DNA of 64,000 nt from Spirochaetia bacterium (GTDB lineage: Bacteria; Spirochaetota; Spirochaetia; SZUA-6; Bin103). The stretch's first letter is position 1; each line of letters starts with the position of its first letter. Both the position numbers and the translations under genes were made by a program. The stretch is from contig CBDAOI010000004.1 of the NCBI GenBank assembly GCA_965198005.1, positions 1,152,001 through 1,216,000 on the forward strand. The letters are read 5' to 3'. The notes beneath the pieces were generated by a model. The model searched no databases. It had not been told where the DNA came from and saw only the letters and a program-made list of their open reading frames with translations. This document shows positions 10,720 through 21,500 of this stretch, one piece after another.

Positions 10720-11842
10720 TGGTTCGTGGGGATCGATTGGGCGACCAGGCAACATCAGATCTGTGTGCTTGAGGGTGACGGCGCGGTGATCGCGGAACGG
10801 CAGGTGGACCATAGCGGCGCCGGCATCGCCGACTTGTGCGCATGGTTGCACGAGCTATCCGGCGGGCACCCGGAGCGCGTGCACGCGGGGATCGAGGTGC
10901 CGCATGGCGCGGTGGTCGAGATGCTGCTGGAGCGGGAGGTGCAGGTGTACGCGATCAATCCCAAGCAGCTGGATCGATTTCGTGATCGGTTTACGGTGGC
11001 CGGCGCCAAGGATGACCGGCGCGATGCGCGGGTGTTGGCAGACTCGCTGCGCACCGACCGACGCAGCTTTCGTCAGTTGCAGGTGCAGGCACCGCCGGTG
11101 ATCGAGTTGCGGGAATGGTCGCGCCTGACTGCCGAGTTGCAGGAGGAACGCAACGGGCTGATCAATCGCATGCGCGAGCAACTGCGCCGCTACTACCCGC
11201 AGCTGATCGAGCTGGGCGGTGACCTCGGCGCGGGCTGGGTTCCGGAGTTGTGGGAGAAGGCGCCGACGCCGGCGGAGGCAGCGCGGGTCCGGAAGGCGTC
11301 GGTCGCGGCCATCCTGAAGCGCAACCGCATCCGGCGCCATGATGCTGCCGGTGTGCTGCGCATCCTGCGGCAGCCGGCTCGACGAACTGCTGGCCGAGAT
11401 TGTGGCCGCCGACGACTCGGGTGAACCAGAAGAGCAGCGTGACGCCGTCATCCTGCGTTCGATGCCCGGTGTTGGTCGGATCGTGCTCGCCACGCTGTTC
11501 GCGGAGGCCTCACAGTTGCTGGCTGAGCGAGACTACCACAGTTTGCGGATTCTGACCGGAGTGGCGCCGGTGACCAAGCGGTCGGGGAAGAGTTGCCAGG
11601 TGAGCATGCGCCGTGCCTGCAACCAGCGGCTGAGCAACGCGATGTATCACTGGGCGCGGGTGGCGATCCAGCACGATCCGGTGAGTCGGGAGCGGTATGC
11701 GGAGTTGCGAGCGCGCGGGCAGCGCCATGGCCGGGCGCTGCGTACGGTCGCGGACCGGTTGCTCGCGGTGGCGTGCGCGATGCTGCGTGACCGCACGCAG
11801 TTTGATCCACAGCACCGGGCACCGCGACCGCTGACCGCCTGA
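10711..11842 (+). pseudogene. IS110-family transposase with internal deletion/frameshift near 11376
   Basis: WFVGIDWA, GIE, AKDDRRDARVLA (DEDD), SMPGVG, GVAPVTKRSG. Confidence 0.88.
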
Positions 11843-12003
11843 TGGGGGAAGGTGGGCCGGGCGAGGGAAGCGTCGTCCCCGCCGCTCACGGGAGCGACCG
11901 GAGACCCGGCTGGAGGCGCGGTGAGACTGCGCGGCGCGAACCGGCACCGGTGCACGGATAATCCGAACCTGTTACGTAACGGAGCGTAACGGGAAGTAGA
12001 GCA

Positions 12004-12186
12004 GTGGCGGTAAGTAACGCGGAACGACAACGGCGCTATCGAGAGCGCCGCAAGGCAGCGCAGCCCCGGGTGCAGTACCGCAGGCCGCAAGACCGCAGGT
12101 CCCGACCGCAGCGCTGGCAGGATGCGGTAGGCACCCTGCTCGACCTCCAGGGTGAGTATGCAGCCCGCACCTCACGTCGTTCCTGA
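12004..12186 (+). CDS. Small basic hypothetical protein, probably truncated
   Basis: MAVSNAERQRRYRERRKA..; resembles small basic proteins of mobile DNA. Confidence 0.4.
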   Translation: MAVSNAERQRRYRERRKAAQPRVQYRRPQDRRSRPQRWQDAVGTLLDLQGEYAARTSRRS

Positions 12187-12250
12187 CCTGCAAGCGCTGA
12201 TCAGTGCCGGTCTCGGATTGATGTTCAAGGTGGCACACGGGAGCCGGGTG

Positions 12251-12315
12251 GCGGACCGCGCGGCGTGTCAGCGGACCGCGCGGCGTGTCAGCGGTGTCAG
12301 CGGTGTCAGCGGTGG
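12251..12315. repeat. 20-bp duplication followed by 9-bp GCGGTGTCA tandem units
   Basis: gcggaccgcgcggcgtgtca x2, then gcggtgtca repeats. Confidence 0.8.
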
Positions 12316-12370
12316 TGGGAAACGGCTTTGACGGGCACTTTGCGGGATTCCGGGGGGTACCCTGGGGTAT

Positions 12371-14286
12371 GAGCGCCAGGCTAACTGGCATATGACAGAG
12401 GGTGAAAGTCCCTTGGAACGAAGGAGCAGCCAATCCACGTTTCTCCGCGAGCCGTGCGTTGGCACCTGCGAGGGTGCAGGCGAAGCGTCGGCAGCGGTGC
12501 GTGCGGGCAGAGTTATGGAGCGCCGCAAAATACGACATCTGGAGTGCCGAGACTCTGTACTCGGTCGAAGGCAACACCGGTCGAGCCAGTATGGTGAGGA
12601 TCGACCGGGCTCCACGGCGTCGAAGAACTCAGGCACGTACGTACGTCATATACCGGGACCTGGGAGGTCTTCGGGTCGTCCCGGCGGGTCGTCGCCGGGA
12701 CCGCGGAGGGAAGGCGTGAGGCTGGACCAAAGATGAACGACCCGAAGGAGTCGGACATGGGCATAGTAGCGGCGAAGCCGGCGAACAAGGGAGCGCAAGC
12801 GACTGCGGAGACGGTGGAGCGAAGGCCCATGACCAACGGGAATTCGCAAGGTCAAAGCACGGGCCGGACGCAGAGTCGGGCAACCGTGACACAGGCGGCC
12901 GAGCGGATACGGCAATTCGTAAAGAGAGAACCGCAGGAGAAACTCACTGCGCTGCTGCACCACGTGACGCCGGAAGCGCTGCGGGTGGCCTATTACGCGC
13001 TGAAGCGTGAAGCGGCCCCGGGGGTGGACGGGATGACGTGGCGGGAGTACGAGACGGGGTTGGAAGTGCGCTTGCACGACCTGCACCGGCGAGTACACAC
13101 AGGAGCGTACCGAGCGACCCCGGTACGGCGGGTCAACATCGACAAGCCGGACGGAGGCACACGACCGCTGGGGGTGGCCGCGCTGGAGGACAAGATCGTC
13201 CAGAAGGCCGTGGTGGATGTGATCCTGACACCGATCTATGAGGAGGAATTTCTCGGGATCAGCTATGGGTTTCGACCGGGGCGCGGGGCACACGATGCGT
13301 TGGACGCACTGGCCTACGCCATCGAACGGCGCGAAGTGAACTGGATATTGGACGCGGACATTCGCGCCTACTTCGACACGATCTCGCGGGACTGGTTGAT
13401 CAGATTCCTGGAGCATCGGATTGGAGATCGGCGGGTGCTGCGGCTGATAAAGAAGTGGCTGCGCGCTGGGGTACTGGAAGAAGGCCGACAGATCGACGCG
13501 GGGCGGGGTACAGCGCAAGGGTCGGTGATTTCACCGATGCTCGCGAATATATACTTGCACTACGTGTTGGACCTGTGGGTCACCAAGAAGTGGCGGCCGC
13601 AGGAGGCGCGCGGAGACATGATCATAGTGCGCTACGCAGATGACTATGTCGCCGGGTTCGAGCATCGTGACGATGCGGAACGCTTCCTGCGGGAACTGAA
13701 GGAGCGATTCAGAGGCTTCGAGCTGGAACTGAACGCCGACAAGACCCGACTCCTCGAGTTTGGACGGTATGCCGAAAGGAACCGCCGAGCACGTGGGGAA
13801 GGGCGACCGGAGACGTTCGACTTTCTGGGTTTCACGCATTATTGCAGGAAGGACAGGAAAGGACGCTTCGGGCTGGGGCGGAAGCCAATTCGGAAGCGGA
13901 TGAATCGTACGCTGAAGAGGATCAAGATCGAGCTCCGCAGACGAATGCATGATGACGTGATGGAAACCGGGCGCTGGCTGGGACGGGTACTGCGCGGATG
14001 GCTCAACTACTACGCGGTACCCACCAGCTACCGCTATCTGCACCGATTCGTGTGGCGTCTGCGAGGAATCTGGGTAAAGATTCTACGCCGGAGGTCCCAG
14101 AAGGACCGATTCTCCTGGGCTTGGATGCTGGCGATCAGCATCAAGCTGTGGCCCCAACCCCGAATCGTACACTCATGGCCGGACCGGCGATTTGCCGTCA
14201 ACCACCGAAGGTAGGAGCCGGATGGTTTAACGACCACGTCCGGATCTGTGCGGGGGGCGCCGGGTAACCGGCGTTCCTACCGCGAC
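12371..14286 (+). mobile_element. Group II intron, apparently complete
   Basis: 5' GAGCG CCAGG..GGGTGAAAGTCCC domain I; domain V GAGCCGGATG..CACGTCCGGATC; domain VI ending CCTACCGCGAC; internal RT. Confidence 0.88.
12733..14214 (+). CDS. ltrA: Group II intron reverse transcriptase/maturase with no endonuclease domain
   Basis: APGVDG, RPLGV, SYGFRPGR, DADIRAYFD, AQGSVISP, RYADD, FDFLGF, GWLNYY. Confidence 0.95.
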   Translation: MNDPKESDMGIVAAKPANKGAQATAETVERRPMTNGNSQGQSTGRTQSRATVTQAAERIRQFVKREPQEKLTALLHHVTPEALRVAYYALKREAAPGVDGMTWREYETGLEVRLHDLHRRVHTGAYRATPVRRVNIDKPDGGTRPLGVAALEDKIVQKAVVDVILTPIYEEEFLGISYGFRPGRGAHDALDALAYAIERREVNWILDADIRAYFDTISRDWLIRFLEHRIGDRRVLRLIKKWLRAGVLEEGRQIDAGRGTAQGSVISPMLANIYLHYVLDLWVTKKWRPQEARGDMIIVRYADDYVAGFEHRDDAERFLRELKERFRGFELELNADKTRLLEFGRYAERNRRARGEGRPETFDFLGFTHYCRKDRKGRFGLGRKPIRKRMNRTLKRIKIELRRRMHDDVMETGRWLGRVLRGWLNYYAVPTSYRYLHRFVWRLRGIWVKILRRRSQKDRFSWAWMLAISIKLWPQPRIVHSWPDRRFAVNHRR

Positions 14287-14544
14287 CTCCCTGGGTTTGG
14301 AAGGCCATCAGGGGGCCGCTATGAGGCCGCGAGCGGCCCGCTGCCGGCCAATCGGCCGTGAATGCCGGCCCTGAAGGGGTCCGAGTGCCGAGATCGTCGC
14401 CGCGGCGGCGCTCGTGCTGCCGCTCCTGTCCGAGCAGCCTCGAGCGCCGCGACGGCCGCAGCAACGGCCCCTGCCCCCGCGCGCGGCGACTGACGGAGCG
14501 GCGGCTTGACGCTCTCGAGGAGGTCTGCCGTCGCTAGAACCGAT

Positions 14545-14730
14545 CACCGTCAACATCGTGGTGGCGGTGCTGATAGGCGGCATCTCGGGATTCTTCGGCG
14601 GTAGACTGGACTTGGCGGTGCAGAGATTCGGCGACGCCTGGATGGCGTTTCCGGGGCTGCTGCCGTTGCTCACGACAATGTCGCTGGTGGGGCGGGGTTT
14701 GCCGCCGATCATCGTGGTGCTGGCCTGCCC
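14545..14730 (+). pseudogene. Internal fragment of peptide ABC permease (DppC-like)
   Basis: IGGISGFFGGRLDLAVQRFGDAWMAFPGL. Confidence 0.7.
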
Positions 14731-14860
14731 CTCCGACAAGGATTTCGGAGACTCGGACCAGATGTTTCTGCAACACGGCAGTCGAGTGCCGGACGCCGAC
14801 GTGCACCTGTTAGCGTTAGCAGTTAACGTAGCACGCTCGATCTTCAACGCACAGCCCAGA

Positions 14861-15259
14861 TTACCTGGGAGGGGTCAGGAACGCGCACCGGCAGCCCGAG
14901 GCCCGGGAGAGACGGAGGTCGACGGTCGCGAGTTCGAAACCCAGTGCCTCCGCCAGGGCTACGTACCAAGCGTCGTAGGCGGTCACGTTCCCGCGCAGCT
15001 CCCAGATCCGTTGCGCAAAGGGGGCGTAGGGAAACAGCGCAACGCCCAGTCCGAGCAGGTCGGCATGCGCCAACGTGGCCACGTCCTGCGAGATATCCCC
15101 GGCGAGGGCTGCTCGTCGCAGGATGTTGGTAGCTTCGACCGGCATCAGGTGCGGCGCCGCCAAGTTAGTGCCGACCAGCAACTCCTGTGCCCACCTGCCA
15201 TCCTCGGCGTCGTCAGCCAAGGCCGCCACGACGAACCCGGCGTCCACCACAAGGCTCAT
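14861..15259 (-). CDS. VapC PIN toxin
   Basis: LVVDAG, APHLMPVE, TAYDAWYVALAE, LATVDLRL. Confidence 0.9.
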   Translation of the reverse strand: MSLVVDAGFVVAALADDAEDGRWAQELLVGTNLAAPHLMPVEATNILRRAALAGDISQDVATLAHADLLGLGVALFPYAPFAQRIWELRGNVTAYDAWYVALAEALGFELATVDLRLSRASGCRCAFLTPPR

Positions 15260-15492
15260 CTTCGGTCGGCGTCGCGGTGACGGAGGATCGTCTCCGCCGG
15301 TAGGCGGCTTCCGGTACGCTGCTTGCGTTCCCGAACACGCGCCACGAGCACCTCCGGGTCGGGGCGTCCGGCCAGCGCGATGAGCTGCATTCGCAGGTAC
15401 TCCTGGAGTGACCGGCCGGTTGCCGCCGCCCTGGATGCCAACTCCTGGCAGGCGTCGTCCGGCACGTCACGAATCGTAACCGATCTCGCCAT
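15256..15492 (-). CDS. FitA-like RHH antitoxin
   Basis: MARSVTIRDVPD..LASRAAATGRSLQEYLR; overlaps vapC. Confidence 0.85.
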   Translation of the reverse strand: MARSVTIRDVPDDACQELASRAAATGRSLQEYLRMQLIALAGRPDPEVLVARVRERKQRTGSRLPAETILRHRDADRR

Positions 15493-15746
15493 GCCGCCAA
15501 TATGCACGATCTGAGCCACATCTACCATCATCGCTACACCCTTTCTATCCAGAGGGTGACCGCGAGCTGCCCGACCAATACTCCAATCCTGGCGTCGTGG
15601 TGCACCGGCGTTACCGGATGAAGTTCACCGGCATTTTCGCCAGCGAGTGGGCCCAGCGCCCTGTTCGCGACGAGCCCGGAGGCGAGTGGCTTGCTGCCGA
15701 GGCCTCCATCGGCGACCTGGCACACCAGAGGTAGTTTCTTGGAATT

Positions 15747-15806
15747 GTACGGTCTCGGACCGGTTGCTAGCGGTGGTGTGCGCGATGCTGCGCGATCGAA
15801 CCCCGT
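15747..15806 (+). pseudogene. Short diverged IS110 3' fragment
   Basis: Similar to 11742-11800 (TVxDRLLAVxCAMLRDRT). Confidence 0.65.
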
Positions 15807-15861
15807 GCCAACGTGAGCGTGCGCGGACGCGCGCGCATCCCGCCGGGACGTCGCGCAGCCG

Positions 15862-16155
15862 TCACGAACCGCCGGCCGGTGGCGGTTCCCACAACACGTC
15901 GAGCGCCGCCGCCAAGTCGAGTGACTCTCCATACCAGTCCAGCGTCGCCGTATGCGGGCCGATCGTGATCCCCGCCTGTCGCAGCCGCGCCTCGGTCGGC
16001 TCCAGCGGCGCCCCTTGCCAGCGAGGCGCCACCGCCACCGCCGGCAACGGCGCACCATCCGGCCGCCGGAACTCAAACTCCCCGTCCGCGCCAGAGACCA
16101 CCTGAAACCCCTCCTCGTGCACCGCCCGGTGGTGGTAGCGACAGAGCAAAACTAA
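15862..16155 (-). pseudogene. C-terminal fragment of an HNH (DUF222-type) endonuclease
   Basis: [22 protein letters not shown]. Confidence 0.7.
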
Positions 16156-16184
16156 TGCGGTGCACCGCATTAGTCCTCTTCTGG

Positions 16185-16760
16185 GGTCCGGCAGCAGTCC
16201 GGCCCCGGGCTGCGCGGCGACCGCCGGCGCGCCGGGCGCGGGCGCCGTCCGGGGTTCGCGGGTACCGGCAGGCGCGGGCGCGCCGCCGCTGCTGGACGCG
16301 GGCACCGTGGGGCGTGGTGGGCCGGCTCCGGCCGGGGCGGGCATCCCGCCGCCGCTGCCGCCGGCAGAATGCCGGACACCGGATGTCCTGCTCGCGCGGC
16401 TTGAGGGTAAGCACGAAGCCGCGCCGGCCGGCGCCGTCGTACGCCACGCCCGCCAGCCGCCCCGGCATCTGCCGCACGTTGCGCGATCACCCCCAAGAAG
16501 TTCGGGTACTGGGTCAGAACGGCGGCGGTGTCGGCGTCGAGCGCTTCCTGCAGAGCGCCACGGTCGGTGCCGCCGCGCTGACCACCACCGTCCGGCGCCC
16601 CGCGCGCAGCCGCGCGGCCATCAGGGCGGCCTCGGCCAGCGCCGTGGAGCCGTCGTACAGCGACGCGTTGGCCACCTCCATCCCGAACAGGCGGGCGACC
16701 ATTGATCGAGCCTATTCCCACTGCCGGCAGCGAATCAACCGGCGGAGGAGGCCGGGGTCT
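16185..16760 (-). pseudogene. Deletion-collapsed duplicate of gcvPA and the 5' part of gcvPB
   Basis: Five blocks matching 8684-8877, 9272-9377, 9572-9656, 9748-9880 and 10233-10290, with a few SNPs. Confidence 0.9.
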
Positions 16761-16877
16761 CTTCGGCGACGCGGTGCGCGACCTGCTGGATCCGAGGCTC
16801 AGGGGTGGCGGCGGGCGTTTCGGCGGTCGATAGCCGAATAAGAGCGATGACCGGCGCCGGGCGGCGGTTTTGGGGCG

Positions 16878-17261
16878 CTATTGCAGGAGCCGGCGGTAGG
16901 CGGCGGCGTCGAGCAGCGCGGGACGTTCGTCCGACAGGCGGGTGGGATTGAGCTTGATCAGCCAGCCGGCGTCGTAGGGGGCTTCGTTGACCTGTTGCGG
17001 CGCGGACTCCAGGGCGGTGTTCACCGCGGTGACGGCGCCGCTGACCGGCGCGTACAGGTCGCTGGCCGCCTTGACGCTTTCGATCACACCGAACGATTCG
17101 CCCTTGGTGACCTCCGCTCCCAGCGCCGGCAACTCCAGATAGACGATGTCGCCCAGCTCGGCCTGGGCGTGATCGGTGATGCCGACGGTCACCGTGCCGT
17201 CCGGTTCCTCGCGCAGCCATTCGTGCGCGGCGGTGTAACGCAGCTCTGCCGGAATGCTCAT
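16878..17261 (-). CDS. gcvH: Glycine cleavage system H protein
   Basis: HEWL, VGITDHAQAELGDIVY, IESVKAASDLYAPVSG (lipoyl Lys). Confidence 0.96.
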   Translation of the reverse strand: MSIPAELRYTAAHEWLREEPDGTVTVGITDHAQAELGDIVYLELPALGAEVTKGESFGVIESVKAASDLYAPVSGAVTAVNTALESAPQQVNEAPYDAGWLIKLNPTRLSDERPALLDAAAYRRLLQ

Positions 17262-18379
17262 CCGTCCTCCCGCTGATAGAATGGCCGCTTGACGACCGTG
17301 GCGGCGTGCGGCCGGCCGCGGATCACCACCGCCAGCTCGCCGCCGACCGCCGCATGGTGCCGTGCAACCAGCCCCATTGCCAAGCTGCGCTCCAGCCACG
17401 GCCCGTAGCCGCCGCTGGTCACGCTGCCGGCCGGGGTTCCCGCCGGCGTGGCGATGGGGTAGCCGGCGCGCGCCACCGCACGGCCGTGGAGCTGCAGATG
17501 GACCAGCGCGTGCTCCATGCCCGGCGCGCCGGCCGCGCGCAGCCGCCGGATCGCCGCCGCGCCGACGTACGTATCCGACTTCGCCACGAAGCGGCCGAGG
17601 CCCACCTCCAGCGGGGAGACTTCAGGCCCCAGCTCGTTGCCGTAGAGCGGCAGCGCCGCCTCCAGCCGTAGCGTGTCGCGCGCGCCCAGCCCCGCCGGCA
17701 CCAGGCCGGCCGGCGCACCCGCCTCGAGCAGGCGCGTCCACAGCGGTTCGGCCTGCTCGGCGGCCACGAACAGCTCGAAGCCGTCCTCACCGGTGTAGCC
17801 GGTGCGCGCCACCAGCGCGGGAATGCCCGCCACCTCGGCGCGCCGGCAGCGGTAGCGGCCGAGGGAGGCGACCTCGCCGGCGGCGGCGTCCTGCACCAGC
17901 GCCACGGCGCGCGGCCCCTGGACCGCGAGCAGGCCCAGTTCGGCGCCGGCGTCGCGCAACTCGGCGCCGGCGATGCCGGCGGCAACCGTCCCGGCGTGGT
18001 CGGCCACGGCCGCGGCGTTGGCGGCGTTGATCACGATCCGGTACCAGGCGTCGCCGAGCCGGTACACGATCACGTCGTCGATGATGCCGCCGGTCTCGTT
18101 GAGGATCATCGAGTAGCGCGCCTGCCCCACTTCCAGCCGCTCCACCGGCGCGCAGGTGAGCCGGGCCACGCAGGCCGCCGCCGCGGCTCCGGTACACTCC
18201 AGCTCCCCCATGTGGCTGACGTCGAACAGGCCGGCGGCGGTGCGCACGGCGCGGTGCTCGGCGATGATGCCGGCGTACTGCACCGGCATGCTCCAGCCGG
18301 CGAACGGCGTCAGGCGCGCGCCCAGGCGCTCGTGCGCCGCGTGCAGCGGGGTTCGTTGCAGCTCGGTGTGCGGGTTCAC
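17258..18379 (-). CDS. gcvT: Glycine cleavage aminomethyltransferase T
   Basis: RTPLH, GWSMPVQY, GLFDVSHMG, ARTGYTGEDGFE, GLGARDTLRLEA; start codon approximate. Confidence 0.96.
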   Translation of the reverse strand: MNPHTELQRTPLHAAHERLGARLTPFAGWSMPVQYAGIIAEHRAVRTAAGLFDVSHMGELECTGAAAAACVARLTCAPVERLEVGQARYSMILNETGGIIDDVIVYRLGDAWYRIVINAANAAAVADHAGTVAAGIAGAELRDAGAELGLLAVQGPRAVALVQDAAAGEVASLGRYRCRRAEVAGIPALVARTGYTGEDGFELFVAAEQAEPLWTRLLEAGAPAGLVPAGLGARDTLRLEAALPLYGNELGPEVSPLEVGLGRFVAKSDTYVGAAAIRRLRAAGAPGMEHALVHLQLHGRAVARAGYPIATPAGTPAGSVTSGGYGPWLERSLAMGLVARHHAAVGGELAVVIRGRPHAATVVKRPFYQREDG

Positions 18380-18516
18380 GCTCGCCACAAGCTCACTAAT
18401 ACCGCATGAACCGCACGTGCGCCAAACGTGACGGGCCGGCGCCTCCGCGAGAGGTGGCGTGCCGTGGCCAACGATTTGGGGAACCGGTAGGATGCTGACC
18501 ATGAACGAAGTCGACG

Positions 18517-21500
18517 GTGTCGATGCGCGGGTTGCACTTTCCCCAACCTGAACCGATCGACCTGCGGGCCGAATTCGAGTCGCTGTCGCCGCAGGCCCGG
18601 CTGACGGCGCTGGTCTGCGGGGTCGTCAGTCCGCTGCCCTACGAGGCCGCCGGCCTGGCCCGCATGCTGCGCCAGGCGGACCTCAAGGTGGACGGACGCC
18701 GCCCCACGGTCGCCGCCGTCGGGGACACCTGTGAGGAGTTGAGCAAGAGCGGACTCCTGTCCACCGGCCGCGTGCAGTCCCGGTTTGCGGCCGTTCCGCG
18801 CTGGGCGCCGTGGCTGACCATGGAAGCGGCGCGCACTGACCTGCTGGAGCGCATCCGGAGCGCCTACCAGCGGGTGGCCCCTCCCTCGGACTATTCGTAC
18901 TCCTGGAACAGACCTGAAGCCCCGGACTTGGTGGAGTTGCGTTACGCCACCGTCACCGGTCGGTTCGACCTCGTACCCGATGATGTCAAGCCGCAGCATT
19001 GGGTGTTCCTGATTCAACCGGGCGCCATCGAGCTGCTCGCAACGCTGCCGGAGCAGCATCGGGGCATTGCGCTCGCGGTGTGCCTGGCCGAGGTGATCGA
19101 GCATGCGGCGGCGGCGCCCGATCCGCTGGTCGCCGCCTGCCGGGAGCTCGCCGCGGACCTGGGTATGTTCGCCGCGGAGATCGCCATGATTCGCATCCTG
19201 CAAGGACGCCTGGACGATGCCGAGACCATCTTCGGCGAGCTTGCCCCGGGCCGCCGAGGCAGCAGCTCGATCCGGGTCGAGCAGGCCGCAGTGCGGGCCC
19301 TGGTCGCGACGCTACGCGGCGACGACCAACTTGCGCTGCGCTCGATCGAGGCAGCCGTCAGCGCCCATCAGGAGGGCACGGTCAGGCGTGACGTTCCCGC
19401 CTCGCTGCCGTTCGCCCTCTCCCTGTTGTCGCTGGTGCGTCTCGACACCCCCGCCGCCCGGGCCCTGCTCGCGCACATCCTGAGCCACGGCAGGTACTTC
19501 CGACTGGCCTCCAGGGTCGTGGGCGCTGCCGGCTTCGCCGCCGGACTGCGCGCCGGCGTGAAATCCGCTCCGATGCTCGAGATCGCGCCGGGGCTGGACG
19601 CGCTGCTGCTCGGCTGGGCCTGTTGTTGGGCCGGTCGGGCCAAGCCCGTCGTGCCGATCCACGTGCGCCGGGTTTTCGGGGACTACGTCGATCGACTTGC
19701 GGCCCACGGTTTCTTCTGGGCGCTGGCCGAGTGTCTGGCGATTATCGGTCACGCCGGTGCGGAGTTGGAATTCCGGGGCGACCGGTCGTTCCAGGCGGCC
19801 GGCAAGCAGGGCGCCGCGATGCACCGGCAACTCGGCACGCAGACCCTGGCGACCCTGGTGCCGCAGGTGGTGCCGGCATGGGAGTTTCGGCTCAAGGCGC
19901 TGGAGCAGTTCGGGTACGAGACCGGCGACCGACCGCCGCCGCCGGTCAAACGCGCCGCTCCCGACGACGCCGGCGGGCCCCGCCGGCTGGTATGGGAATT
20001 GGCCCAGGATGGCGGCCGGATCACCGTGAGCCCGCGCGAGCAGCGTGCTTCCCGGACCGGCCGGTGGTCCAAGGGCAGGCCGCGGTCGTTGGACTGGCTG
20101 GCCACCGCGGCCGTGACTGCCGATTACCTGCTGGTGCAGGACCGCGCCGTGGCGGCGGAGATCCAGGCCAGGCGCCACTCGTTCGGAGTGTCCCGGCACG
20201 CTCTGGCGCGGGCGCTGCTGGTCGAGCTTGTCGGCCACCCGCTGGTGTTCAACGCCGCCGGCGACCTGGTCGAGGTCGCGCGCGGCGATCTGGAGTTGGT
20301 GATAGAGCAACAGGGACGCGGCGTAACCGCCCGCATCGTCCCGGACGACCGGCAGGACGATCAGTTCGTCGCTCGGATGATAGGCGCGCGGAAGTGCGAG
20401 GTAGTGCGCCTCACGCCGGCGCACCGGCAGTTGCAGAAGATCATCCCCGTTGGGGGATTGGAGCTGCCGGCTGCGGCGCGCCCGCGTCTGCTGGAGGCGG
20501 TGTCCGCATTGGTGTCCGTGGTGCGCATTCACAGTGGGGTCGAGGGCAGCGCCCGCTCGGCGCGCCGGATCGAGGCCGATTCCCAGCCGCGGGCGCGGCT
20601 GGAGCCGCTCGCAGAGGGCGTCAGCGCGGAGCTGGTGGTGGAGCCGGTCGCCGGGTCCGAGATCTACTTCGCGCCGGGCGCGGGCGGCACGCTGGTGTTC
20701 GGACAGCTTGCGGGCGAGACCGTCCAGGCGCAGCGCGATCTGGCCGCCGAACGGGCCGCCGCCGACCGCCTCATGGCGGCCTGCCCGTTGCTCGGCAGTG
20801 GCGACGGCACGGGCGACGGCACGGGCAACGGCAACGGCGACGGCGACGGCGACGGCAGTGGCGACGGCGACGACGCGCCGTGGTCGGCCGCTTTGCCCGA
20901 GGCCGTCCGGGCCCTGGAGTTGCTGGAACAACTGGATGCGGCGGGCGTGCGCTGCCTGTGGCCCAGGGGCGAGCGGTTGAAGCTCAAGCGGGCCGAGACC
21001 CGCCAGCTCAGACTGCGCATCAAGAGCGCCGGGGAATGGTTGCGCGCCTCCGGCGAGCTGCGCGTGGATCAGCAGCGGGTGCTCGACCTGAAACAGTTGT
21101 TCGCGCTGCTCGACGCAGACCCGCACGGGCGCTTCCTGGAGCTGGGCGCCGGCGAGTTCCTGGCGTTGACGGAGTCGTTCCGGCGCCAGTTGGACGATCT
21201 GCGCAGCCTGTCCTCACCCGCGGCGCAGGGGGCGCTGCGCCTGCATACGATGGCCGCCCTCGCCCTCGACGAGTTCGTCGAGCAAACCGAACTCGACGCG
21301 GACCGGGAGTGGCGTGCGTTGCAGCAGCGGCTGCGCGATGCGCAGGACTACACCCCGGACCTGCCGAGCACACTGCGGGCGGAGTTGCGCCCCTACCAGC
21401 GGGTGGGATTCGACTGGCTGGCGCGTCTGAGCCGCTGGGGGGTCGGCGCGTGTCTGGCCGATGACATGGGGCTCGGCAAGACGGTGCAGGTGCTCGCGCT

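Noticed and set aside
10681-12000. Functional IS110 bridge-RNA element
   Set aside because: Left non-coding end is lost and the transposase is internally deleted; no RNA structure could be supported
10681-12315. CRISPR array
   Set aside because: Repeats are short contiguous tandems without spacers; no cas genes seen
12733-14214. DGR or retron reverse transcriptase
   Set aside because: Clear group II intron domains V/VI and maturase; no TR/VR adenine-specific pair or msr-msd evident
18380-18516. Glycine riboswitch upstream of gcvT
   Set aside because: Conserved GGAGA/CCGAAG/CTCTCAGG elements not found on the minus strand
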